Below the pieces are notes generated by a model. It saw only the letters and a list, made by a program, of their open reading frames with translations, was not told where the DNA came from and did not search any database. A stretch of 64,000 nt of DNA from Azolla caroliniana (Eukaryota; Plantae; Polypodiophyta): assembly GCA_043228905.1 (NCBI GenBank), contig JBHGNT010000001.1, positions 29,016,001 through 29,080,000 of the forward strand, read 5' to 3'. Both the position numbers and the translations under genes were made by a program. Shown one piece after another: positions 51,401 through 60,729 of the stretch (position 1 is its first letter; each line of letters opens with the position of its first letter).

Positions 51401-53792
51401 AGCACTCGAGGATCCGGCCGAAGACGGTGAAGAAAGAGAACCGGCCGAGGAAGATGAAAATGATACCGGAACCGTTCCCGATCCCGAAATGGATTCGGAT
51501 GAAGAAGAAGAATCAGAAGAACAGGTTACCGAAGCTCCGGAACGGAGATATCCTCTAAGAGAGAGAAGGGCCCCCCGGAGATTTCCGGAACCAGAGCACG
51601 TGCTGCTAACCGACGAAGGGGAGCCGGAGAGCTTTGAAGAAGCAAAGCATGACACCCAGAGCCGCAGGTGGTTGAGTGCCATGCAGGACGAGATGGATTC
51701 CCTGCATGAGAACCACACATATGAACTTGTGGAGTTGCCGAAAGGAAAACGGGCACTCCGTAACAAGTGGGTGTTCAAGCTGAAACCGGGAGATGCCGGA
51801 AACCCCCCGAGATACAAAGCCAGGATCGTGGTGAAGGGGTTTCAGCAGAAGAAGGGCGTCGACTTCGACGAGATATTTGCCCCGGTAGTGAAGATGACCT
51901 CTATCCGGACGGTGCTGAGCATAGCGGCAAGCATGGACCTCGAGGTAGAACAGATGGACGTGAAGACGGCATTCCTTCACGGTGACCTCGATGAAGAGAT
52001 CTACATGCAGCAACCGGAAGGATTCGAGAAGAAAGGGAAGGAGCACCTGGTATGCCGGTTGAAGAAGAGCCTTTACGGACTGAAGCAGGCTCCCCGGCAA
52101 TGGTACCGGAAGTTCGATTCCTTCATGACCGACGAAGGGTACCTCAAAACGCAGTCCGACCACTGCGTGTTTGTGAAGAAGTTCGAAGGAGGAGACTCTC
52201 TAATACTCCTCCTGTACGTGGACGACATGTTGATCGTCGGACGGGACCAGGTCAAGATACGGATGCTGAAGAAGGCTCTTCACCGAACCTTCTCAATGAA
52301 GGACCTGGGTCCGGCGAGGCAAATACTAGGGATGCACATCATCCGGGACCGGAAGAAGAAGCAGTTGGGTCTGTCACAGGAGAAGTACGTGACGAAGGTG
52401 CTTCACCGGTTCAACATGTCGGAAGCGAGACCGGTCGGATCGACCCTCCCGACAAACTGCAAGCTGACCAGCAAGCAAAGTCCCAAGACAAAGGCTGAAA
52501 AGGAGGATATGATGGAAGTGCCGTATGCCTCAGCCGTCGGGAGCTTGATGTACGCCATGGTGTGTACGAGACCGGACATAGGATATGCAGTCGGAGTGGT
52601 GAGCCGGTACATGAGCAATCCCGGCAAAGAGCACTGGAACGCGGTCAAGTGGATACTCCGATACCTGAAGGGCACGGCAAACGTGTGCCTCCGATTCGGC
52701 TCCGGTAAGCCCGAACTCGAAGGCTTTACTGATTCTGATATGTCGGCTGATGCAGATACCAGCCGGTCCACATCAGGGTATGTGATGACGTATGCAGGGG
52801 GAGCTGTTTCGTGGCAGTCGAGGCTGCAGAAGACGGTTGCGTTGTCAACCACGGAGGCGGAGTACATGGCGGCTGTTGAAGCCGGCAAGGAAATAATATG
52901 GATGAAGGACTTCATTAGAGAGCTCGGTATCCGGCAGGAGGAGTACCGACTCTACTGCGACAGTCAGAGTGCAATCCACCTTGCAAAGAACGCGGCCTAT
53001 CACTCCCGGACGAAGCACATCCAGCGAAGATATCACTGGATCCGGGAAAGGATAGAAGACAAGGAGTTCGTGCTGACGAAGATCCACACGGACGAGAACG
53101 GGTCGGATATGCTGACCAAGGTGCTCACACCCGACAAGCTGGAAGCATGCCGGAAGAGGATCGGATTGGAGAAACATCCCATGCCGAAGTGAAGGGGGAG
53201 TTTGTTGGGATTACGGTCCCTTCGGATGGGATGGTCGGATCCGGTTGTCGGTTTCGGATCCGGATGACGAAGACCCCAGTTTCGGTACCGGATGACGAAT
53301 GTACCCGGAGAGCGATCCGGATGCAGGGACATATCCGTGAATATGTTCGCTATGGGCCCCTGAGGCTACAGTTGTAAATAGCCCAAAGTCATATGAGTAT
53401 AAATATGACTTAGGGCAAACTGTTTTGTTGTTGCTTCTCATTTTTCTGTTTTTTCCACTCAAGAGGAGTGAAGAGTAAGCAGCCGTGAGAGAGAGAGAGA
53501 GAGAGATAGAGCGCGAGAGAGGAAGAGGACGACGCCTCTGTGTATTTCCGCCGCCTGTGGCGAGGACAGCGAGCTCAAGGTTGTCGCCTTGGAGCTCGTC
53601 ATTGTATACTTCTCTTTGTATAGTGTTGTTTGGAGTCTTGTACTCCCGTGGTTTTTCCCATCTAGGGTTTTCCACGTTAATCACTGTGTACTCGTGTATT
53701 TCTCTTTTGGTTCCTATTTTCTGCTCCATTGATCCGCAATTACTCGGGTGTGGCCGACTGAAGAAGGTGAATCGAAGCGTTGATTCTCAACA
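48497..53792 (+). mobile_element. Intact Ty1/Copia LTR retrotransposon (Tnt1/Tork-like), very recent insertion
   Basis: 590-bp LTRs at 48497-49086 and 53203-53792 with no difference seen by eye; both give the same 172-aa antisense translation. The TSD is CATGA at 48492-48496 and 53793-53797. The PBS is tggtatcagagc at 49090-49101 and the PPT is gaagggggag at 53191-53200. Confidence 0.97.
49116..53192 (+). CDS. Copia Gag-Pol polyprotein, uninterrupted (1358 aa from the first ATG after the PBS)
   Basis: CCHC CFHCGKPGHFRKNC; PR WVVDSGAS; IN HKRLCH..CTDC, VHTD, ADNGGE, NGLAERMNRT; RT MDVKTAFL and LLYVDD; RH DSD...AEY...DSQSA...SDMLTK. Confidence 0.96.
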   Translation: MEGGGSGQPGMMVLNAQNYADWKIKMEDLLIVRDLYEPIDRSEIPKGVLESEWKLLNRKAVATIRQYVDVSVLQHVANDTNAYEMWKKLSGLYERKNALNRTSLMRKIVNLKYRDGESMVEHVSTFMGFVNQLAAIKFPLEDAMQAIILMCTLPDSWENLVVTLSTSCTEDNLSLQTVKTSILNEEARRRDKEPASEPKMLFTESDRGRQWNRSPQRREKSGTRSQSRGRPTCFHCGKPGHFRKNCRHYRKDNGADDTDSKKSPERNGAYRGATDRRGSDRRGQDRKGTTALAASEEEIMLITEEGELNIAGDETTWVVDSGASFHLTPERRYFSSYTAGEHGCVRMGNEGTCRIAGIGDVWLTTPTGCKMLLKNVRHVPEVRLNLISAGRLDDEGYTGSIRNGVMKFSKGSLIVARARKVNTLYLMNAWLCPEELNVAADTAGELWHKRLCHMSTKGMKRLAEDNLIPVKHVHLEKCTDCLAGKQNRTSFHSRPPTRRSAPLELVHTDVCQVETKSHGGAQYFVTFIDDHSRKLWTAPMKTKDQVLCVFKDLHARVERESGKKLKAIRADNGGEYRGQFQEYCRSKGIRLEFTVPKTPELNGLAERMNRTIMERVRSMLAHAKLPKGFWAEAMSTATYVINRSPSVPLDGDTPQRVWTGREVSYRHLKVFGCLAYVHVAKDRRGKLDPKTRPCIFLGYGDDEFGYRVWDPVDKKIFRSRDIIFMEDKTLADLESEKKMKSSKSTGEDKLYEEQSRPERDRLALEDPAEDGEEREPAEEDENDTGTVPDPEMDSDEEEESEEQVTEAPERRYPLRERRAPRRFPEPEHVLLTDEGEPESFEEAKHDTQSRRWLSAMQDEMDSLHENHTYELVELPKGKRALRNKWVFKLKPGDAGNPPRYKARIVVKGFQQKKGVDFDEIFAPVVKMTSIRTVLSIAASMDLEVEQMDVKTAFLHGDLDEEIYMQQPEGFEKKGKEHLVCRLKKSLYGLKQAPRQWYRKFDSFMTDEGYLKTQSDHCVFVKKFEGGDSLILLLYVDDMLIVGRDQVKIRMLKKALHRTFSMKDLGPARQILGMHIIRDRKKKQLGLSQEKYVTKVLHRFNMSEARPVGSTLPTNCKLTSKQSPKTKAEKEDMMEVPYASAVGSLMYAMVCTRPDIGYAVGVVSRYMSNPGKEHWNAVKWILRYLKGTANVCLRFGSGKPELEGFTDSDMSADADTSRSTSGYVMTYAGGAVSWQSRLQKTVALSTTEAEYMAAVEAGKEIIWMKDFIRELGIRQEEYRLYCDSQSAIHLAKNAAYHSRTKHIQRRYHWIRERIEDKEFVLTKIHTDENGSDMLTKVLTPDKLEACRKRIGLEKHPMPK

Positions 53793-54892
53793 CATGAATC
53801 CACCCTTTTTGACCACTCTATGGGTGTGACCCTCACCTCCTACCAGAATCGTCCATTAACGTCCATTTCAAACCAGCCAACATGGATAATGCCACTTGGG
53901 GGCTCTATCTCCAACAGATGCTCCCCCTCCTTTGACAAACCAACTCCCAAAACCTACAAGTTGCACAACAATGCCAAAAGCACCGAGGGATTCAACTCGT
54001 TCACCGTAGTTTGTGCCATTAGACCCACTATGTAATTGCTCCGACATGATACCAACAACCGATTCACCTCGGCTCATGTTGCCCGCATAAAGCCCTATGC
54101 TACCCTAGGCCCATCTTTTGCCCATCCTTTCCCCATGTCGTAAACCTCCTTGTTTCTTTTGGGGGGGAGGGGGAGGAGGAATGTGGTGTGCATGTGTTCC
54201 TTTGTGCCACCCTTTTAGCATGCATGTAGCTAAGCCAACCCAAATGGGTACCTTTGTATCGACTATAAATTGAGCACAAAGTAAGAAACTAAGTAGGCTA
54301 GTTTTCATCTCTTATGCACATTTCACAATATGTTTAAATACCACAATTCTTGAGTTTTTGCTTTAAAAAACTTGTCAATTCTTTATTTCTCGTATATTTG
54401 TAACATATTTTTTCTATGACTAAAGAACATTTGAACTACGAGGTCCATCTAAAATTGATGCATGTAAAAGATTACTACATATTTGTCTACCAATATGGAG
54501 CTCAATTTTCATCGTGTATGTTGTCGTGTTCTCTAGATTTATTTTAGTTGCTCCTAGATTAACATATAGTCATATTTGGACACTAGGTTGCCTTTAGCTA
54601 ACCCTTTGTAGACATACTTATATTTCTTTGCATCCTATGATAATCTACAAAATATGACACATCTCTTCTTATGACAACACATATGTACTTGGACAAGTCT
54701 CACTCATTTAAGGTTAATGAATCTTAGAATACTCTTTCAACGTATAATTGGGATAGACATGGTTGCAATAACCAAGAGGTAGGTGTCTAGAAGCTTGTAC
54801 TCGACAACATTCATTGAACAAACATTTTGACAAGGAAACAAGGGTCAAGCCACCAAAAATTTCAAGAGCATAAGAGAATCATTGTTCATAAG

Positions 54893-55336
54893 TAACAATA
54901 AATAATGGTTCGGTTTGAAAGTGCCAAAACCAAATCGGAATCGTTTAAAAATTTTGAAACTTGAACTGAATCGAACCACGAAACCGTTTAAAAATTTTGA
55001 AACTTGAACTAAATCGAACCATGAAACCGTTAAACCAAACTGTTTAAAATTTCTCAAACCGTTAAATCCACGGTTTCGTGGTTCAGTTTCAGTTTTCAAC
55101 TTAGGTCAAAATTCAAATTTTAAAATTTAAAGAATTTCTTAAAATGTGAGAAAAAGTCTTAAAAATGAAAAGATTGTTTATTTTTTTAAAAAAATTTTAA
55201 AATTTTAAACAAATTAAAAGTAAACCATTAAACCCATGGTTTCTAATTGTTGAAACCGAACCGTTTAAACCTTTAAGCCATTAAGCCACATTTTCACAGT
55301 TCGGTTTGGTTCAAACCGAACCGGTTTCGATTGTTA
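54893..55336. mobile_element. hAT-type MITE
   Basis: TIRs taacaat(n7)ggttcggtttgaa at both ends. The 8-bp TSD is ttcataag at 54885-54892 and 55337-55344. Many subterminal aaccg/cggtt motifs are present. Confidence 0.85.
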
Positions 55337-55791
55337 TTCATAAGCTTAAAGGACTTGAGGATGGAGACACAACCTATAACATGTAAAACTCAATCGTGAA
55401 ATATACAAACGGAGAAGCATAAAATTAAGTCCCGATGTAAAGAGGTCTCAAGTTACAATGATGAGAATTCGTAATGAAGTTAGAGAACTTGTCTTCTTGC
55501 TTGGTCTAAATTTGTTGGTTTTGGCAAACGTGTCTTCTCACTTAAAGGTAATTGGATTGTCATTGTTTTTTAACAAATTATGGAATTTGTCCTTCCTACA
55601 TCGTGAACTATATATACCAAATTGATCAATTGAATATGTTAAGATTTCATCCATTAAACCCTTGGGCCCTTGTATCCTCTTTGAAGATAATGTCCATCTC
55701 TAACCACTCACTTTTCTTTGAGGATTTTCCATTATCATTGTGAATAAGGATAAAAGGCATGGTATCATCATGATTCATAATATAAGCCTCT

Positions 55792-56246
55792 CTTTTTTTC
55801 TTTTTCGTTTTGTTTAAAGAAAGATGCACCTTAGTATATTACTTCAGAATTGTACATAGAGAAAACAAAAGGAGACATTTCATCTCAATTCTATTGTGGT
55901 ACAAAGGCTAGTATAAGCATATGATCAAACAAACAATGTCATATATGAAACAAGTGGAACAATAACTACGAGATATGCAACAGAAAAGAAGAAAGTATGG
56001 TATAATTCCACCTCAGACCAGAAGTTGTATCCGAAAATAAGTGAAGCCCTTGCAATCATCATTTCTTAAAGGCCACTTGACGTTGCCATAGAACATTAGT
56101 TGAACCCTGTAGATCATCATATTGACCACGTATTGTGTGGACAAATAACATCCAAAATTCAATAAGCATGGTGCAGAGATGTATGTGAGCATTGTTAAAA
56201 ACAACATCACATCTCACTTTCCATATTATCCAAAGAGCCAACGACG
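55792..56246 (-). mobile_element. 5'-truncated LINE 3' end (family B)
   Basis: Encodes LWIIWKVRCDVVFN...YDDLQGSTNVLWQRQVAF. It has a 14-bp TSD taatataagcctct at 55778-55791 and 56247-56260, and a T-rich tail. Confidence 0.88.
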
Positions 56247-56605
56247 TAATATAAGCCTCTTATTGAGGATAGATTCATATATAGAAAATTTAGAAAAATA
56301 GTTTACACAAATTGAAAACAAGTCTAAGATCACATGAGAAAGAAAGTGGAAAAAACTAAGAAAACGCTTAACCTTGAGAAAGAATGTGAAAAAAAGAATT
56401 TGAAGTTCAAATATCTACTAAATGTTAATGCAAGACTATTATATTGTATAAAAACACAATTACAATTTTGTCGTCATAAGCATTTTAAATCAATTTACAA
56501 CAAAAAAAACTATTATAACAATACATACACATAAATATTTTCCTATTGTGGTTCGTGTGAACAATTCTTATATTGGGCTAATATACACACTAGGATCTTA
56601 ACCAC

Positions 56606-58313
56606 TAGGGATCGGCAACGGCTCGGCTCAAGCCTAAATCGTTTGGCTTAGCCGGCTTAAAACAGCTTAGCAACTTAGCGGCTCGGCTTGGCTCGGTTTA
56701 GGCTTGAGCCTGCCTTAACAGTTTGAGCTCGGCTCGGCTTAGCTTGAGCCTCGCCAAACCGACTTGAGCTAAGCCGTTTAAGTGACTTAATTAGTAATTA
56801 CTATAGTTTATTACTTGATAGTGTAAATATTCCAATTCCTAAAGATATTAATGATGCATATGATACTTTAGATATCAATTTAGAAGAGATTATTGCAAAG
56901 GATGATGTTATTGAATACTTGTACTTGGACAAGTGATTTTTTTTGGAATATTATGACTTGGGACAATTATGACGATCAATTTTTGGAATAGTCAATTTTT
57001 TCTCGTTGTTTTTCTTTAATTATCTATTAGTTAAATTTGCCTTGCATTTCTCATTTTATGTTTTCTTGTTGTTTTTCTTTAATTATCTATTAGTTAAATT
57101 TGCCTTGCATTTCTCATTTTATGTTTTCTTGTTGTTTTTCTCTAAGCCTTGTAACCATTCTACATTTGGAGCATATTGGAGGGGGATTGTTCAATGTTTT
57201 TTTTTTTTTTTTTTTTTCCCCAAAATGAAGCTACTTTCCCATTAGTTAGGAAGGATTATTACATAGAGAGTCTACAAGGAGACTTATACACACATCGGGG
57301 AGTCTACCTCCGATCAAGTAAAAGAAGATCAGCCTACTTACAATGCCTTGCGGCCTAACTTAATGTAAGAAGCTACCTATATCTAAGGCGATGGCCTTCA
57401 ATGTTGCCTAGTACGAGTCGGCTCTTGGGGCCTACAACGAAGAGAGGGTGGCAGGTGAGTAGGAAACAACCAGCGTGGGGGCTGGTAATTCCACCTCGGG
57501 CCACTCTCGCCTTGCATCACCATAGGTGTGTTCCTCCATTTTTGCCAAAAGCGCAACCGGGCAGAGATCACGTCGTTGGAGTGGCTGCAAATCTCTTCCA
57601 GTTGCCCTCGTAGGCAGCTGATAATCGCGAACCATATGTCCATGATCACTTCCTCCGGGGGCCGTACCATACCTTGGAAAACCTTGAGGCAACGCGCTTT
57701 CCATATGTACCACAAGGTGAAACCTACAATCAGCATCCAGATTTCTGGAAACCTAGGGGATGCGGGCTGCAAGCCTCTTTCGAAACGGATCTTGACGATT
57801 TTGCCTCTCGTGCATACATAGCACCAACTATCCGCATTGACGGTGTCCGTCCACCCTTCGACCGAGTGACCAATCCATGCCGCAGCGCTCCACGAGGTTG
57901 TTCCTTCAACTTCACATGCCGCAAGGAGGCGAGTCACTCTATCCCAAATCTTTTGAGCTTGAGGGCAATCCCACAGACAATGTCTCAGAGTCTCAATAGG
58001 TCGAGAGCACAGTGGGCAGCCTAACGGGCCGCCGCGTTTACCTAGCCATTCACCAACGGGCACCACATTGTGACCAATCAATGTTAAATTGTAATGGAAT
58101 CGTGTTATGAAGTTCAATGATAAATTGTAATAGAATTGTGTTATGAAGTTCACAAATCAATTTACAAGCCGATTCATAAACCGGTTTACCCTAAACCGGT
58201 TTAGGGATCAATTCGGTTCAAGTTTGAAAACCCCTAAATGGTTTAGGCTTAGCCGGTTTGGCTTGGATAAGCCCAAACCGGCTAAGCCTAAACCGAACCA
58301 TTGTTGATCCCTA
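56606..58313. mobile_element. Non-autonomous hAT element carrying a nested LINE fragment
   Basis: TIRs tagggatc(gg/aa)caa(c/t)gg(c/t)tcgg with a perfect 8-bp TSD ttaaccac at 56598-56605 and 58314-58321. Subterminal ggctcgg/aaaccgg arrays are present. Internal tandem duplications are 63 bp (57006-57140) and 36 bp (58085-58152). Confidence 0.9.
57199..58077 (-). mobile_element. 5'-truncated L1-type LINE (zf-RVT and C-terminus), relatively young
   Basis: The frame is open from 58077 to 57398: VPVGEW...CPLCSRPIETLRHCLWDCP...LWYIWKARC...WNYQPPRWL. It has a clean poly(A) tail (T run 57199-57217) and a TSD tcaatgtt at 57191-57198 and 58078-58085. Confidence 0.88.
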
Positions 58314-58899
58314 TTAACCACGTTACTTAGTATGGTTTACTACATTCTACATATGCCTTATGATGCAAAAGACATATCCCCAAGTTTTGTCATGCTTATT
58401 ATCACATGCAATACCTTGAGTTATCAAGTTCTCAATTGTATTACAATACGTCTTGGAAGTACATGGTGAGAAGGATGTAGATTATATTAATGCACATAGC
58501 CTTATTGGAATTGAATATGAAGATATCGTGTTATGAAAAAAAAATTCCACATAAAAATGTCCTCCATTGGTATTAAAATTAGAGTGGCCAAATGCAATAT
58601 ACAAAATAGTCCACTATTACAATGAACATTGAATATCTTGTTACCTTTTTCCCATATCTCTTGAGCTACCACAAGGCTTTAAGAGGCCTATGAAGGTGAT
58701 AATGTTTGGGGAAAGCCCCCCATTTTACAATTGCTTGAAATAAGTAAAGCTACATGATTTTGATTATAATGAGTATACCCAACCATGAGCACATTTGAAG
58801 GGACAATATATCGTGTTATGAATTGAATACACATATTGAGGATTGCTCGAGTGAAAAGGAGAATTATGTGTATTGTAAAGATATAATGAAATAGGTTAT

Positions 58900-59410
58900 G
58901 AGGGATTACAATGGTAGTTAATGTGTTGGACATCAGAGCACAAGGAAAACCCTAGAGTTGGTTAAGCGTTACTACTAGTAGCCACGTATGGACAAGGATC
59001 TGATAGACAATGTGTATTCCATACTAGATATCTTAAGTATGAGAGAATTTGTTATCTTGGATTCTTGCAATGCATTTAGCCTGTCCCAAATGGGAAATGA
59101 TAAAAATGTTTCCATGGATTTTGTTATGGTTTTGCCTCGTGGTAAACATCAAAGCAACATGATGTTAGTTGTAGTTGAACGATTGACTACAAAGGCACAC
59201 TTTATTCTCACTACAAAAAAACCAACACCACATGTTGCATGTAATTTATATTTACTCAACACATTCCTAGGTTGCCTAAAACTATTGACTCAAATCAAGA
59301 TACTTGTCTCACATAGCTTTAACTAGTTTGTATGCAAGTCTAGGAACTAAATTGAAATTGAGTAGCAGAGAACACCTCGAGGCAAGTGGGTAGAAATGAA
59401 GGGTTAACTA
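58900..59410 (+). mobile_element. Decayed Ty3/Gypsy integrase fragment (chromovirus-like)
   Basis: NVSMDFVMVLPRGK...MLVVVERLTTKAHFI matches the WxxISMDFVxGLP...VVVDRLTKxAHFI core. An SSxxHP..GQ..RVN-like remnant lies at about 59360-59408. Confidence 0.65.
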
Positions 59411-60280
59411 GGTGTGAGTTTTCCATGGTGGGGTGAGTTGTGTAGGAAACCATACGTAAAGTCAAACCTTACCAATTAATGGGAAGACAAACAATCCCCA
59501 AAAAAGAAGAAAATGTTAAGAGGTTAAAAGAAACCTAGAAAACAAAAACAAAAACAAAAAATAGAAGGAAATGTTTATGGCATGGATGGGATTAATGCTA
59601 AATGACATGCAAAAAAACATTTCACATTGACTTAGTGGAATTGCATGGGAAGGAATATAGACCACTCTAAGATATGTATAAACAAAAGATATAACATTAA
59701 GCATAATATTGTTGAGGTGATCGAGAATCTAGTTCAGAAGATTATGCTCGCTTCATGATGTCATTGATATAGAGCCTATGATGAATTAGGAGGCTTAACA
59801 TATCATGACATTGGGAGAGATTAGAAGGCTCATTTTTTTTAATACACCAAGCTACCAATGATCCATCCAACTAGATATTTGAGTGGTATGTACTTACTCT
59901 TATGAGCCGAAGTATGCCTTTGTGACTGCCAAGCCACACCATCACTTCCATTGTGAAAAAAAAAATCGATTCCCATCTAATAGGCAAACTATGATTGGCA
60001 CAATGAGTGACCAAGGAAATGTTTGTGAGTCTCGGTGCAACCACTCTACTTGGGTGGTTGAGACAATGGGGGGAAACCAACGGAATGCATGGAGCGACTC
60101 ACGAGCGCAAACAATTGCTCTAATGCCGGAGCCATTATACATATATATGTATGTATGTATATACATACAATGATACACACATATGTGTATATATTTATAT
60201 ACATATATCATATATGATATATGTATACATGTGTACGTATGTATATACGCTGAGAGACACAAGAGAGAGGGAGAGAGATT

Positions 60281-60288
60281 TATAAAAT
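60281..60288 (+). promoter_or_regulatory. Candidate TATA box of the ARO gene
   Basis: TATAAAAT follows a GA repeat, about 120 bp before the putative first splice donor at 60403. Confidence 0.4.
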
Positions 60289-60729
60289 AGTCACCCTTTG
60301 ACTATAATCCCAAACCAAAGCATTTTTATACTCATTGTTTCTTTCTCTGTCTCCGTTTGGACGTGCCATGGATCGTGGACTTGGCGCTCGATCTACAGAC
60401 AGGTAGGCAATCACTCCATTTTACAGCTGAGATGCTTCTATTTTTTCTAATAGAGAAGGAAATGGTCAGATACAGAATATATGTATACATATGTACTCAC
60501 GCATGATTGTATACATGTATGCTATATGCATGCATGTGTGTGTGTATGCATATATGTATGTAGTAATGAATAGGTTATGTATATGCAAGCATATCTCTAT
60601 AGATAGACAGATAATAGAGAGCTCTAGAGAGAAAGACAAGATCAGCCCTGTTTCTCCTTATGTTTCTGTTCCATTCCCCTCCCATTTGTTCTAAGATCAA
60701 AATGTACCAAAGCATGGTTTGGTAAAATA

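Larger units (their letters stand above)
47364..54327 (+). mobile_element. Relic Ty3/Gypsy LTR element (about 1.66 kb without the nested Copia) with tRNA-Ala PBS and 4-bp ATAT TSD
   Basis: LTRs are 47364-47551 and 54182-54327 (tgtggtg...tttcaca). The PBS is tggtggagattcggggta at 47555 and the PPT is a G/A run at 54161-54181. The TSD is ATAT at 47360-47363 and 54328-54331. Protease reads ILIDSGNSISFIS. Integrase SPYHPQTNGLIECLNKT...ILPFLTHAYN continues after 53797 to FTVV...AHVARIKPY. Confidence 0.85.

Noticed and set aside
49332-52915. Numerous overlapping alternative-frame and antisense ORFs in the intact Copia
   Set aside because: They are expected shadows of a GC-rich coding sequence.
60020-60112. 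Short nested inverted repeats upstream of ARO
   Set aside because: The arms are only about 7 bp, compatible with chance, and no RNA family was recognised.
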